Below, piece by piece: positions 1 to 9,629 of a DNA stretch of 64,000 bases. Location of the stretch: IMG/VR virus record IMGVR_UViG_3300034104_003795, positions 62,001-126,000 of that record; one strand, given 5' to 3'. Positions within the stretch are counted from its first letter, which is position 1; each line of letters begins with the position of its first letter. The notes under the pieces were generated by a model, which saw nothing but the letters and a program-made list of their open reading frames with translations, was not told the DNA's origin and made no database searches. Both the position numbers and the translations under genes were made by a program.

Positions 1-209
1 TATTCAATGCTAAATACAACATGCGGCGGAACAAGATAGTTTGTACCTTTGTTTTCAAATTTAGCTAATACAACTGCTCCCCAATTACCGTTTGATGAAC
101 CTACTTTATCCAAAGTATTTACACTCTCAACTTTATATACAGCTTCATTTGCATGGGCTATTGGAAAATTAAACTCACTTCCTTTTATTTTTTCTATACC
201 TACTATCAT
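1..209 (-). CDS. hypothetical protein, partial (runs off left edge)
   Basis: Open frame MIVGIEKIKGSEFNFPIAH... from ATG at 209 to the window edge, overlapping the stop of the next gene. Confidence 0.55.
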   Translation of the reverse strand, partial: MIVGIEKIKGSEFNFPIAHANEAVYKVESVNTLDKVGSSNGNWGAVVLAKFENKGTNYLVPPHVVFSIE

Positions 210-547
210 AATAATTTATTTATTAGGGTTACTACATAAGTTTTAAAGTAATCCTTTTTTCTAAAATGAACTTTACTAACATAATCTTCTATTAATGCCG
301 GCGTAGATTCACCTTTTTTATAAACACAAACCTTATTCATTTTGTTTATATTATCCGCGAATATACCTACTGAATATTTCACATTTGAAACAGGAGCAAC
401 TACTCTTTTTATATCAAAGTATTCAATCAGTTCCGGCTCACTACTTGTACGAATAATATTATTAGGGGCTATCACAAACACATCACCATTCTTAGCAAAG
501 AGTTCGGAACGATATAATTTTTCAAAATTTTCTATTTTCTTAACCAT
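206..547 (-). CDS. hypothetical protein
   Basis: 113 aa ORF tiling with neighbours. Confidence 0.7.
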   Translation of the reverse strand: MVKKIENFEKLYRSELFAKNGDVFVIAPNNIIRTSSEPELIEYFDIKRVVAPVSNVKYSVGIFADNINKMNKVCVYKKGESTPALIEDYVSKVHFRKKDYFKTYVVTLINKLL

Positions 548-548
548 G

Positions 549-812
549 CTAATTATGTTTCATACCTTTACAAACACCATATCCCTGCCTTTGTGATAAC
601 TTATACAATCTATTTGCATCTTCCATCGGCATTATCTGAATTTCATTACCAGTTTTGTGGTTAGCTATTGCTACCCCACCAACTCTTTGTGTTGTACTAC
701 AATTCACACAACTTCTATAACCATACTTTGTGAATCGTAAAAGTGGCATATCATTACCACATTTAACACAACTAGTCATTTCTAATTTGTTTACATTTAC
801 TTTCATATTCAT
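549..812 (-). CDS. small Zn-ribbon protein
   Basis: CVKC...CVNC motif pair. Confidence 0.65.
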   Translation of the reverse strand: MNMKVNVNKLEMTSCVKCGNDMPLLRFTKYGYRSCVNCSTTQRVGGVAIANHKTGNEIQIMPMEDANRLYKLSQRQGYGVCKGMKHN

Positions 813-824
813 ATCTTATAATTT

Positions 825-1295
825 TTATACCATTGGAAAACCAGCAGCTGAATTTGTTGTTGAGTTTTTCCAAGATGGATTAGCTGCAAGAGCATCAATT
901 GATGAACCCATAGGGGCTTTTATTGTTGGGGCCCAACCTTTTGAATGGGTACTAAAATGTTTACTGAATTGTGATGCTAAACCTCTACCTCTAATTTGTT
1001 GTGTAGGTTGTCCGATACTATCCCAAGCACTTTCCCACTTAACAGGTAAGATACCATCCCTAACAGTAATTTCACAAATCGCTGTAGGTTTGAAATTAAC
1101 AATATCTTTTCTATCTACTTTACGGAAAATGTTTTGGCGATTTTCTCTATCAACTTCTATAAAAGTAATTGAACGAGCTTTTACACTACATACTTTTAAT
1201 TCTTTTGTTCCGGTTTTACCATTAAGGGAAACGTGAACTTTACATACCAATCCCTTAATAAAGGAATCCGGCAACTGAATAGGTAATTGTTTCAT
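825..1295 (-). CDS. hypothetical protein
   Basis: 156 aa ORF directly downstream of promoter 1319-1350. Confidence 0.7.
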   Translation of the reverse strand: MKQLPIQLPDSFIKGLVCKVHVSLNGKTGTKELKVCSVKARSITFIEVDRENRQNIFRKVDRKDIVNFKPTAICEITVRDGILPVKWESAWDSIGQPTQQIRGRGLASQFSKHFSTHSKGWAPTIKAPMGSSIDALAANPSWKNSTTNSAAGFPMV

Positions 1296-1318
1296 ATCTT
1301 TAAATTTTTAATACAACG

Positions 1319-1350
1319 TAAAGATACGAAAAAAGCCTGAAACGGCCAAA
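1319..1350 (-). promoter_or_regulatory. Bacteroidota sigma-A type promoter
   Basis: TTTG-N20-TATCTTTA on minus strand. Confidence 0.75.
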
Positions 1351-1481
1351 TTTATTTTGAAGTTTTTTTGGGGAATTAGGGTAATTTAAGGTGATAAAAC
1401 GTACAGAAACACCCCAAATTTCCCCTAAAATACACAAGTAAGGTGAATATACCACCCACCATATTAGGCCAGTTTATATGT

Positions 1482-1533
1482 ATAACTCATTGAGAACCAA
1501 TAAGTTATAAGTCATTGATTATCAATCAGTTAT
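1482..1533. repeat. two copies of ~25 bp palindromic repeat (TAACTCATTGAWWATCAATGAGTTA family)
   Basis: ataactcattgagaaccaataagttat and aagtcattgattatcaatcagttat. Confidence 0.75.
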
Positions 1534-2481
1534 GATGGCATGTATTTTTTGATTCAGGTCTATAAATTTATTAGTTATATCCTGACAAATACCATTGTTA
1601 TAATTTTCGGAATTTTGAATAGGAATTATTTTTGATAAAAATCCAGAAGGTCTCAAATAATCAACTTTATCACGTATTCTAAAATTTTCCTGATACATAG
1701 TTTGTCCGTTTACTTCTTTATTATAATCGGAAACTCTACCTTGATTATGCGTTCTTACAAAACACAAAATCTTTTTTATTGAATTATGTCCCAATCCTAA
1801 ATAATCTAAACTTCCCAAAAATTCAAGATCATCAACAAAAAAAGATGTTAGATTTATTTTATCTTTAACTCTTTTTACCGAAGAAGTTCTCATTGAATAT
1901 GAATGATAAATTGATAATTGATTTGCTTTTGCCGCATGAATTATTGAAGTATAATGTTGCGGGGTTTCAAAGTAATTATCTATAAATTGCCACGGATTTG
2001 TCCACGGACTATTGTTTGGAATAGTATAACCTGCCCACATAGCTCTTGTTTTTTCGTGCTCAAATGGATTTTTGGTTTCAACTAATGATGTTAGTTTATT
2101 ATCATTAAAAAATATAGATGAACCATATGTAAAATCTAATTCACTATTAGTAGTATAAACATCTACTAAAAATTTCAAAGAATCATTTAATAGAATATCA
2201 TCATCATCTAATCTAATCATTATTTCTCCCAATGAAAGTTCTGGTGATAGAATCCAGCTATTTTGAAATAAATCATAACTAGATTTAGTACTCATATACA
2301 AAACTCTCTTATCAGAATTTCTTTGCTTAAACCATTTATAAATTGAAAAATTAATATCAGATGCAGAATCATCAAACATTAATACTTCCCAATCAGTATG
2401 TGATTGTAATTCAATTGACGCCAATGCCTCTTTTAAAAACTCTGGTCTATTGCATGTTCGTACTACTACGGTTACTTTCAT
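1522..2481 (-). CDS. glycosyltransferase family 2 protein
   Basis: VTVVVRTCNRPEFLKEALASI, FDDS and RLDDDD (DxD) motifs. Confidence 0.85.
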   Translation of the reverse strand: MKVTVVVRTCNRPEFLKEALASIELQSHTDWEVLMFDDSASDINFSIYKWFKQRNSDKRVLYMSTKSSYDLFQNSWILSPELSLGEIMIRLDDDDILLNDSLKFLVDVYTTNSELDFTYGSSIFFNDNKLTSLVETKNPFEHEKTRAMWAGYTIPNNSPWTNPWQFIDNYFETPQHYTSIIHAAKANQLSIYHSYSMRTSSVKRVKDKINLTSFFVDDLEFLGSLDYLGLGHNSIKKILCFVRTHNQGRVSDYNKEVNGQTMYQENFRIRDKVDYLRPSGFLSKIIPIQNSENYNNGICQDITNKFIDLNQKIHAIITD

Positions 2482-2482
2482 A

Positions 2483-2788
2483 TTAAATATTTACATTAGC
2501 TTTCCAAAACTGCCACCATTTTTTCTTTGGCGGTGGTACACATTGTGAGAACGGATTATCTCCAAATGAAACCGTATCCAAGTATTTAGCACTCATCATA
2601 TTCAAGAATACCTCTTGATATTTTTCAGGAATATTATCAAAGTCAGCTTCAATTTTTACATCTAAACTAATAGCACCATCACCAATTGTAGTTAATTTTA
2701 AGTTATTGTGAATAGTTACTACTTTGGCGGCTTTTACATTTATATTAGCACCACCACCTAAATATAATTCACGTTCTTTCTTTGTCAT
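2483..2788 (-). CDS. hypothetical protein
   Basis: 101 aa ORF, 1 nt gaps to neighbours. Confidence 0.7.
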   Translation of the reverse strand: MTKKERELYLGGGANINVKAAKVVTIHNNLKLTTIGDGAISLDVKIEADFDNIPEKYQEVFLNMMSAKYLDTVSFGDNPFSQCVPPPKKKWWQFWKANVNI

Positions 2789-2789
2789 A

Positions 2790-3194
2790 TTAATCTATTT
2801 TTATAACTCTAGTAACACGTCCGGTTACCATTTTCATTTTCTTTTGTGAAGCCGGTGGTTCACCTATGCCGTTAGCCATCCAGCTTTTTATTTCCATCTC
2901 ACCCAAATAATCGGATACGTTTGGAATATATTTTTTACCAAAATCTTCTAATATATGCCACTCACATATATCTTTTACCGAAACTAATTTACCATCTGAA
3001 TTATGGATATACTCGCCAAAAATTGGTATCATAACTTCGAAGATAAAAAACATATTATGTGTCAATGCACGATGTCTATTATCGGAAAAGTATTTTTTAC
3101 TACTATCCATTTTGTTATGAAGTGGTAAGTAATCTTCTACCTTGCCACCCCATAACTTAACGGATGATTGAGAATGTTTTAAGGGATTTGCCAC
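2790..3194 (-). CDS. conserved phage protein (DUF6915-like)
   Basis: MANPLKHSQSSVKLWGG..DYLPLHNKMD..HRALTH..HILEDFG pattern. Confidence 0.7.
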   Translation of the reverse strand: MANPLKHSQSSVKLWGGKVEDYLPLHNKMDSSKKYFSDNRHRALTHNMFFIFEVMIPIFGEYIHNSDGKLVSVKDICEWHILEDFGKKYIPNVSDYLGEMEIKSWMANGIGEPPASQKKMKMVTGRVTRVIKID

Positions 3195-3200
3195 TTTAAA

Positions 3201-3581
3201 TTAGTTTTGAGTTTCTACAATATCGTCATCTTCATCTTCTTCCAACTCACCATAGTAATCATCGGATACAGTTGTTTCACAAGTCAACTCACCATCTTCA
3301 TAACGAATACGGCCTGTTGTACCGGCATTATTGAAATTATACACCACACCGGTTGCATCAATAATTTCAAATAAGAAATCAATATCATCGCCTTCACTCA
3401 TATCCCAATCACCTTTTACCTCTGACCACTTTCCGTCTTTATAATCGGATACGTGAATTGAATGAAATGAATCAAAGTTATCACCACCACCACAAAACTC
3501 AATTTCAACTTCCGAAGTTTCTGAATTGAAATCAGGATAATACTCTTTAATTTTAGCTAAAAATTGTTTTTTAAGTCCCAT
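3201..3581 (-). CDS. acidic hypothetical protein (DUF6878-like)
   Basis: EIEFCGGGDNF and FNNAGTTGRI pattern; usual neighbour of DUF6915 genes. Confidence 0.55.
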   Translation of the reverse strand: MGLKKQFLAKIKEYYPDFNSETSEVEIEFCGGGDNFDSFHSIHVSDYKDGKWSEVKGDWDMSEGDDIDFLFEIIDATGVVYNFNNAGTTGRIRYEDGELTCETTVSDDYYGELEEDEDDDIVETQN

Positions 3582-3598
3582 AACATTTGTTTTTGTTT

Positions 3599-4036
3599 TT
3601 ATAAATTGTTTTCTTCTATTTTATTTTCTACTCTTATTCTTATACAGGTTTGAGGTAACTTACAACTCATTAAATAATTGTTTACATACCCCATTATATT
3701 AGCTGAACCAATTGGGTTAGCCGAATGTACATAGATTTGTGGTAAAGGTATATTTTTAGTCATACTTTCAGCCACCAACCATTTAGCACAATCATATCCA
3801 GTTTTTTCATTTACTATATTATCGTAATTCAATTTGTAATTTGGAAGTGCATTGTTATAAAATTCATCTGTAGCTTGTTCACCTAAATCGTGGTCTAATG
3901 AAATCACTTCATAATTTTCTAAACCATTCAATCTAATATGTGCTACAAAGTCATCATAACTTCTGACAATTGTCCAATCTTCTGCAATTGGAGTTCTAAT
4001 ATCATCCAAATACAATCTTATTTTTTGTTTTTTCAT
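3599..4036 (-). CDS. cyclic-phosphate-processing receiver domain protein
   Basis: LYLDDIR, SLDHDLG, KTGYDCAKWL, HSANPIG motifs. Confidence 0.8.
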   Translation of the reverse strand: MKKQKIRLYLDDIRTPIAEDWTIVRSYDDFVAHIRLNGLENYEVISLDHDLGEQATDEFYNNALPNYKLNYDNIVNEKTGYDCAKWLVAESMTKNIPLPQIYVHSANPIGSANIMGYVNNYLMSCKLPQTCIRIRVENKIEENNL

Positions 4037-4040
4037 AACT

Positions 4041-4802
4041 CTACATTAAAAATTCAATCTCACCAGTTTCAAAATTATAATTGAAGCTAATCGGATTATT
4101 TTCAGCCTCATATCTTAAATTGCAACTACATCCATTAAAAGTATGCAAATCATGCCACTTAGTCAATCCCATAGTTTTCCAACCATATGCCTCATGTATA
4201 TGTCCCGCAAAATGTAAGTGTGGTTGCACTTCTCTTAATCGGTGATATAAATCTGAACATCCTACATTTTGATTCGTATTAGATGCCCTATCATTGTATC
4301 CGTATATTGGAGTATGTGTAATAACAATATCGGTATCCATTGGTATTTCATTCCAACATTGTGTTATATCATGCCCCCTATCTTTATTAAATGCCCACCC
4401 ATATCCAAAAGACGGTGAATGTGGTGAACCCCAAATGTTAATACCTTCTAACTTAATAGAACTATTCTCTAAATAATAAACGTTATCGGGTAAATTATCT
4501 AATAACTCAATTAACCAATCGGGTTTACCTTCACTACCCGGCGTATCAAATACCCTTCTCTCAAAGTATGCAGATTTTTCTTCGTACATTCGTTCACTTT
4601 GAAATGTAAGGTCGTGGTTACCAGCTATAAACACTTTGTGTGTATAATCCTGCTTATCAAACCATTCAATAAACTTTTCCACTTCGTGCTTTCTACCAAT
4701 AGACGTGAAATCGCCTGAATGGATTAATAGTTGTCCACCAGGCAATTTACCATTAAGTTGATTATGCTTATTGTGTGTATCCGAAATGTGCGTAATTCTC
4801 AT
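4041..4802 (-). CDS. calcineurin-like metallophosphoesterase (MPPED/239FB-like)
   Basis: DTH, GD, GNHD, THTP and GHIH motifs. Confidence 0.9.
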   Translation of the reverse strand: MRITHISDTHNKHNQLNGKLPGGQLLIHSGDFTSIGRKHEVEKFIEWFDKQDYTHKVFIAGNHDLTFQSERMYEEKSAYFERRVFDTPGSEGKPDWLIELLDNLPDNVYYLENSSIKLEGINIWGSPHSPSFGYGWAFNKDRGHDITQCWNEIPMDTDIVITHTPIYGYNDRASNTNQNVGCSDLYHRLREVQPHLHFAGHIHEAYGWKTMGLTKWHDLHTFNGCSCNLRYEAENNPISFNYNFETGEIEFLM

Positions 4803-4818
4803 AACATATTAGTTGTAA

Positions 4819-4849
4819 CAAAGATACGAAATTAATTTTAATTTTCAAA
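4819..4849 (-). promoter_or_regulatory. Bacteroidota sigma-A type promoter
   Basis: TTTG-N19-TATCTTTG. Confidence 0.7.
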
Positions 4850-4969
4850 ATCTTTTATTTTATCGGGCCATTTATCCCTCATATATTGTACATATCGGTC
4901 TTGTTGCATTCCGTTATAGAACATCCAAGCAAAGTAGTAATCAAACCACCATTCTAATTTTCGTAACAT
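4838..4969 (-). CDS. small hypothetical protein (43 aa)
   Basis: MLRKLEWWFDYYFAW...; below ORF-track cut-off; fills the gap between genes. Confidence 0.5.
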   Translation of the reverse strand: MLRKLEWWFDYYFAWMFYNGMQQDRYVQYMRDKWPDKIKDFEN

Positions 4970-4978
4970 TTTTTCTAA

Positions 4979-5242
4979 TTAAAAGTAAATAGTTGCTTCA
5001 TTGTTTTCATTAATAGAAACTTCAACCGTATGCTTTAACACATTAAGTATGTACAAAATTTCAGGTTGGTCTAAAACTGCATCAACTAATGAAACTTGTC
5101 TTATATTAGCTCCTTCATTTTCGCTTACATACTTAATTTCAGAAAATTGAACACACTTTAAGTTTTCAGTAATTTGAAGAACTGCGTGTTCTGGTTGTCC
5201 TGCCAAGCCGATATTTACTATTCTTGCTGTTTGTTTTTCCAT
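4979..5242 (-). CDS. hypothetical protein
   Basis: 87 aa ORF. Confidence 0.7.
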   Translation of the reverse strand: MEKQTARIVNIGLAGQPEHAVLQITENLKCVQFSEIKYVSENEGANIRQVSLVDAVLDQPEILYILNVLKHTVEVSINENNEATIYF

Positions 5243-5264
5243 AGTTTTTATTTTTATATAAGTA

Positions 5265-5678
5265 TTAATTTAAACAAATATTTTTAAGGATATCTTCACC
5301 ATCCTTAATTCTTTTTACTTTCTCATTTAGTTTATCAACCAATACTCTAGCTTCTTTTACACTTTCCATTAATTGTGCACGATAGTTTTCAACACCCTTC
5401 TTTTCCTCAATTTCTAAACAAAATCTATCAATAGAATTGTTGATAAGATTTGCAAGTGGTTCATCATCACCATCTATAAAACTAACTTCCATCATATTGA
5501 GTAAAGATGCACACATAGCAGATTTGATACTTCCACTAACACCTTTTTCACTATCCAATACATTACATAATAGAATAATCAAAGCAAATCTTTGCTCGTT
5601 TATTCTCATATTTTTTTCACCTGCGGTTAATTTCTTTTTTCTCATTTTAAAAGTTTTGTGAGCTGAATTAAATACCAT
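5265..5678 (-). CDS. hypothetical protein
   Basis: ORF; true start probably MRKKKL. Confidence 0.65.
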   Translation of the reverse strand: MVFNSAHKTFKMRKKKLTAGEKNMRINEQRFALIILLCNVLDSEKGVSGSIKSAMCASLLNMMEVSFIDGDDEPLANLINNSIDRFCLEIEEKKGVENYRAQLMESVKEARVLVDKLNEKVKRIKDGEDILKNICLN

Positions 5679-5833
5679 TTTGGTACTTCAAATTGAGCTC
5701 TAATAAATAGTACTAATTGAAATGATGTCTTATATCTAAGCTCATCATCCGTTTCTTCCATTTTCCTATTAACATGTCTAACAATAGGAAAGCTTAGAAG
5801 AATCCATACTAATAAAATTGTTAATCCATCCAT
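5642..5833 (-). CDS. small membrane protein
   Basis: Hydrophobic N-terminal helix. Confidence 0.6.
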   Translation of the reverse strand: MDGLTILLVWILLSFPIVRHVNRKMEETDDELRYKTSFQLVLFIRAQFEVPKWYLIQLTKLLK

Positions 5834-5835
5834 AC

Positions 5836-6555
5836 CTATAAATATCTACTGAATACCTTTCGGTACTCTTTATTCAATTGTTTACAAAGTTTTTTACTCA
5901 CACCCTTACTAAATTTAGCGTAGTCCCATCCCCAACTTAAATATGCTTGAATCTCATCATCAATCACACTTTCAGTATATCCCATATCCAATAAATTTTG
6001 ACGGAATTTCGTATAATCTTTCAAAGGAATTGTTTGAGTAATTTCATTCATTAACTCCTTATACTCTTTGTTAGTGTAATACAAACCATGTGCAACTTCG
6101 TGCTGAAATGTATCACCTTCCATATCCTTAGCTCCGATAATATAAGCGTTCCAGTTACGAGTATTCTTTTTATTGAACATCTTTAATTCAATAGTACCTA
6201 CAATATCGCTCATCGTTTCATCCCATTTACTTTTCCAAGTATCAGGCATTGAACGAACACCATTGTAACTATTTTTTGGGTTTCGGTTTTCTTTACCTTC
6301 ATAACATTCCCATGCAGTTTTCAATGGAATATTAAACCCACCCCAATCAAACGCGTAAGTAAAAGCACCTTTCTTTGTACGGCTATACCATTCAATATAA
6401 TCCCAAATGTTAAAGTGCTTACCTCTAAAATCAGGGTTAGGTGATTCATAAAACTCTTGAACTCTACAAAAGGTCATAGCTCTATCATAGGCATCTTCAA
6501 TAGTTACAGCGAATACTCTATCTCTAACTTCGGTTATTTTATAATCTATTTTCAT
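5836..6555 (-). CDS. hypothetical protein with HExxH motif
   Basis: FQHEVAHGLYY zincin-like motif. Confidence 0.65.
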   Translation of the reverse strand: MKIDYKITEVRDRVFAVTIEDAYDRAMTFCRVQEFYESPNPDFRGKHFNIWDYIEWYSRTKKGAFTYAFDWGGFNIPLKTAWECYEGKENRNPKNSYNGVRSMPDTWKSKWDETMSDIVGTIELKMFNKKNTRNWNAYIIGAKDMEGDTFQHEVAHGLYYTNKEYKELMNEITQTIPLKDYTKFRQNLLDMGYTESVIDDEIQAYLSWGWDYAKFSKGVSKKLCKQLNKEYRKVFSRYL

Positions 6556-6556
6556 A

Positions 6557-6751
6557 CTATCTATTTTTTGTTGGTGTCCTAATACTCGTCACCTGAGCTT
6601 TACTTACCGTCAATAAATTATCACTATTAAGTACCTTTCCACATTCAATACATTTAAACTTCGCGGTAGGTAGTTCTTTATCCCAAACCAATTCTTTTGT
6701 TAGTGCTCCACATTTACATTGATAAGTGTGATTCTTTAATGTACTTTTCAT
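6557..6751 (-). CDS. small Zn-ribbon protein
   Basis: CKCG...CIEC. Confidence 0.6.
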   Translation of the reverse strand: MKSTLKNHTYQCKCGALTKELVWDKELPTAKFKCIECGKVLNSDNLLTVSKAQVTSIRTPTKNR

Positions 6752-6762
6752 TTTCTAAAAGT

Positions 6763-6927
6763 TTACAATTCTTCAATGATTCCTAATATCTCAGCCAATC
6801 CAAATGTGATTGCTGAATTACCAAATTGTTGATTGAATAGGAAATAACATGCTCCTAATCTTAATACACTTTTAAACAGTGAAATGTAAAAGTGACTTTT
6901 TGCATTACTTGCTTTTGGCTGTGCCAT
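6763..6927 (-). CDS. small membrane protein (54 aa)
   Basis: MAQPKASNAKSHFYISLFKSVLR...AEILGIIEEL; fills the gap between genes. Confidence 0.55.
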   Translation of the reverse strand: MAQPKASNAKSHFYISLFKSVLRLGACYFLFNQQFGNSAITFGLAEILGIIEEL

Positions 6928-6937
6928 AATTTTATTT

Positions 6938-7174
6938 TTAACTAATTACAAAATCGTATAAATCTCTTACTGAATAAATTCCATCTCTACTACTCATTGT
7001 ATCAATGTCCGAAAGTCTTTCAACATTACAACCTTCGTTAATCTCATCATAGGTACAATTGATATTACAACTACCTTCTACACAATACCAACGTTTGCCG
7101 CTGTTTGTTTCATATACAAAAATAGTACCTCTATTTCGGGTACCATAAAATCCATTTACTTCATATAAATTCAT
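6938..7174 (-). CDS. hypothetical protein
   Basis: 78 aa ORF. Confidence 0.7.
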   Translation of the reverse strand: MNLYEVNGFYGTRNRGTIFVYETNSGKRWYCVEGSCNINCTYDEINEGCNVERLSDIDTMSSRDGIYSVRDLYDFVIS

Positions 7175-7336
7175 AACTTTATTTTTTATTTTACAAATAT
7201 TTCACATTGACCGTTAAGAGCTAAATTCTTACGAACATACTCTAAATTAGCTTTGGTAGGTTTAAGGTCAGATTTAGTCCATTTACCTTCCCAATTTTTA
7301 TACCATATACTTTTCATATCTTATATTTTATTTTAA

Positions 7337-7696
7337 TTAAATTCCTTGCTCTCTACGAAGGTCATATTCTTCCTTCTCAATTTCGTTATACTCAACTACT
7401 TTTAAGTAAGGTTTGAAATCGGTCATATAGTAACCATTAAGGTTAGCCAAACTAATCATCGTATCAATAAATGATTTACGAACATAGGTCATATCAGATG
7501 AACCAAATCCCTGGTCACTCGGCCAATCTTGGTAATCTTCGGCTACATCATTAAGTGCTTCATACACCGCATCGGCGTAAGTTATAATTCTTTTAGAATA
7601 TCTTCCCTCAACCGGGAAAGTGTTTCTAACTACATCGAACCCTTCTACCAAAGAAGCGGTTGCTAATACTGAATTCAAATTGAAAGGTAAACTCAT
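7337..7696 (-). CDS. hypothetical protein
   Basis: 119 aa ORF with AAACCCCTT leader motif. Confidence 0.7.
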   Translation of the reverse strand: MSLPFNLNSVLATASLVEGFDVVRNTFPVEGRYSKRIITYADAVYEALNDVAEDYQDWPSDQGFGSSDMTYVRKSFIDTMISLANLNGYYMTDFKPYLKVVEYNEIEKEEYDLRREQGI

Positions 7697-7711
7697 AATA
7701 AGGGGTTTTAA

Positions 7712-7939
7712 TTATTTGTTATTGAATAAATTAGAAATTTGTGTTGGGGTATATCCACATTTGAACACATCATTCAAAGTACATACTGTATCGTACTTCA
7801 AATTTAACCAACTATCCGAATCACACAAATCATCAATACAATTTTGAATAGCGATTGGATACTTTTGAAGTTCGGCAAGAAGAACATTAATGTTATCAAC
7901 ATTCATTCGGTTGATAATTGGATTTTGAGAATTCATCAT
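7712..7939 (-). CDS. hypothetical protein
   Basis: First gene after promoter 7962-7993. Confidence 0.7.
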   Translation of the reverse strand: MMNSQNPIINRMNVDNINVLLAELQKYPIAIQNCIDDLCDSDSWLNLKYDTVCTLNDVFKCGYTPTQISNLFNNK

Positions 7940-7961
7940 AATTTTAAATTTTATTACATAG

Positions 7962-7993
7962 TAAAACTACAAAATTACATTGAGACCACCAAA
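7962..7993 (-). promoter_or_regulatory. Bacteroidota sigma-A type promoter
   Basis: TTTG-N20-TAGTTTTA. Confidence 0.7.
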
Positions 7994-8020
7994 TTTTTAG
8001 GGTAAAATCTTTAAAAAAAG

Positions 8021-8091
8021 TTCATTGAAAATCAATGACTTATGGGTAATAAAATCAAATATTCGTAACTCATTGATAATCAACGGATTAC
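8021..8091. repeat. two palindromic repeat copies
   Basis: ttcattgaaaatcaatgacttat and gtaactcattgataatcaacggattac. Confidence 0.75.
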
Positions 8092-8191
8092 ATATTAAAG
8101 GGTTTCTAGGTAATTTTAGGGGTTATTTTCCAATAAAGGATGTCTAACCCTACCAACACCAAGAAACCCTTCAGGATTCGTTAAAAATAGG

Positions 8192-8569
8192 TTATTCTAC
8201 ACCATTTTTGGTATTCCAAACATCGTTCAATTTACCCATTATCATACTGGTTAAAACAGGCCCTGCTAACCCATCCAACACATATAAAATATCGTTATCT
8301 GTGTACTTTAACTTTATACTATCGTTTATGTCATCAATTTCAGATTGAGCATAAAATTCGTTTTCCAATTCAGTTTGTTCCTGAATTAATTGTCCAACCA
8401 CCTCATCGGGTAATTGTTCACTTTGTTGTTTATAATTTTCCATATATTCTACATATTCAAATGCCGAAATTTCAAATCGTTCATCCATTTCTTCCGGCGT
8501 TAAGTTATTGAGTAACGTTTCTTTTAGTTTTCCCATATTAAATATTTTCTTCCCTATAAATTCTTTCAA
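8192..8569 (-). CDS. hypothetical protein
   Basis: Acidic ORF; start probably MGKLKE. Confidence 0.65.
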   Translation of the reverse strand: MKEFIGKKIFNMGKLKETLLNNLTPEEMDERFEISAFEYVEYMENYKQQSEQLPDEVVGQLIQEQTELENEFYAQSEIDDINDSIKLKYTDNDILYVLDGLAGPVLTSMIMGKLNDVWNTKNGVE

Positions 8570-9158
8570 ACTTTTTGGGTAACTTACTATAATCCATTTT
8601 AAAGTTAGCCGGCATTGCTGCCACTAAACGTTTGTTGTTATATGGCTGGTTACCTGGTTTACTCCATTTTCTAGATTGTTTTAACCAATTGTAGAACATC
8701 AAATATGCATTAGCTCTCTTAATGTACTTATCGGTATCAATACTCAATCCCCATTCGTTAATCATTCGTACACTTCTCATCTCATTATCCCTTTCCAAAC
8801 CAATAGCAATTTCAAATGCTTTGTTCAATGTTTGAGGTCTTTTGTACTTACCTTCCAACCACTCATCAATAACAGGTAATGCTCTACCTGCTTTTTTCCA
8901 CAAATGAAATCCATCTTGCCATTGTGTAAGGTGACAATATTCGTGAACCAATATTTCCAATCCATCCGGCTTACCCATTGAAGCTGCCAGTATAGCACCT
9001 TTTTCAGGATCCGCCTCATCAAAGTATCCACTACATCTAATTGTAGGTGATAACTTTACATAAGCCACATCTTTAATGTGGTTCTTTACACCCAAGCGTT
9101 TACACTCATCCTTTACGAACTGAATGAATGCTTTATCATTTTTTGTATAACGTTTCAT
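8538..9158 (-). CDS. putative zincin metallopeptidase
   Basis: LVHEYCHLTQW plus downstream LERDNE. Confidence 0.65.
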   Translation of the reverse strand: MKRYTKNDKAFIQFVKDECKRLGVKNHIKDVAYVKLSPTIRCSGYFDEADPEKGAILAASMGKPDGLEILVHEYCHLTQWQDGFHLWKKAGRALPVIDEWLEGKYKRPQTLNKAFEIAIGLERDNEMRSVRMINEWGLSIDTDKYIKRANAYLMFYNWLKQSRKWSKPGNQPYNNKRLVAAMPANFKMDYSKLPKKFERIYREENI

Positions 9159-9173
9159 ATTAAGGGGTTTTTA

Positions 9174-9205
9174 CAAATATACGAAATTATTTTGAATCTA
9201 CCAAA
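9174..9205 (-). promoter_or_regulatory. Bacteroidota sigma-A type promoter
   Basis: TTTG-N20-TATATTTG. Confidence 0.8.
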
Positions 9206-9206
9206 T

Positions 9207-9626
9207 CTATACTATTTGATTCACAAAAATCGTACTCAATACTTTTATTTTGTTTCTTTTGTTTTGAGCATGATTATATGAATAACCATGTCTTTTTCTG
9301 AATTCAATAATCAACTTATCAGCTTCTACCGAATATCCATACTTTCTTAAAGTTAGAATTGCCCAACTATCAGCTTCAGCTTCATCATTTGGACCTTTAA
9401 TACCCGTATGATTGAATACTATATGCCCAACTTCATGTGCCTCTACTATCTTTTGTGTTGAAGCAGATTGGTCACCATCAATGAATATCAACTTTTGGTC
9501 AGGTGCTACAAACCCATAACCATACTCATTGAATAGTGGTGCGAGTTGTTGATATTGATAATCACCCTTATCAACAACCGCTACAATCACTCCTTTATGA
9601 AATTCACTTTCAAATACTTTTCCCAT
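9207..9626 (-). CDS. putative metallopeptidase (ImmA/IrrE- or M48-like)
   Basis: AHEVGH and EAEADSWA motifs. Confidence 0.65.
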   Translation of the reverse strand: MGKVFESEFHKGVIVAVVDKGDYQYQQLAPLFNEYGYGFVAPDQKLIFIDGDQSASTQKIVEAHEVGHIVFNHTGIKGPNDEAEADSWAILTLRKYGYSVEADKLIIEFRKRHGYSYNHAQNKRNKIKVLSTIFVNQIV

Positions 9627-9629
9627 AAC

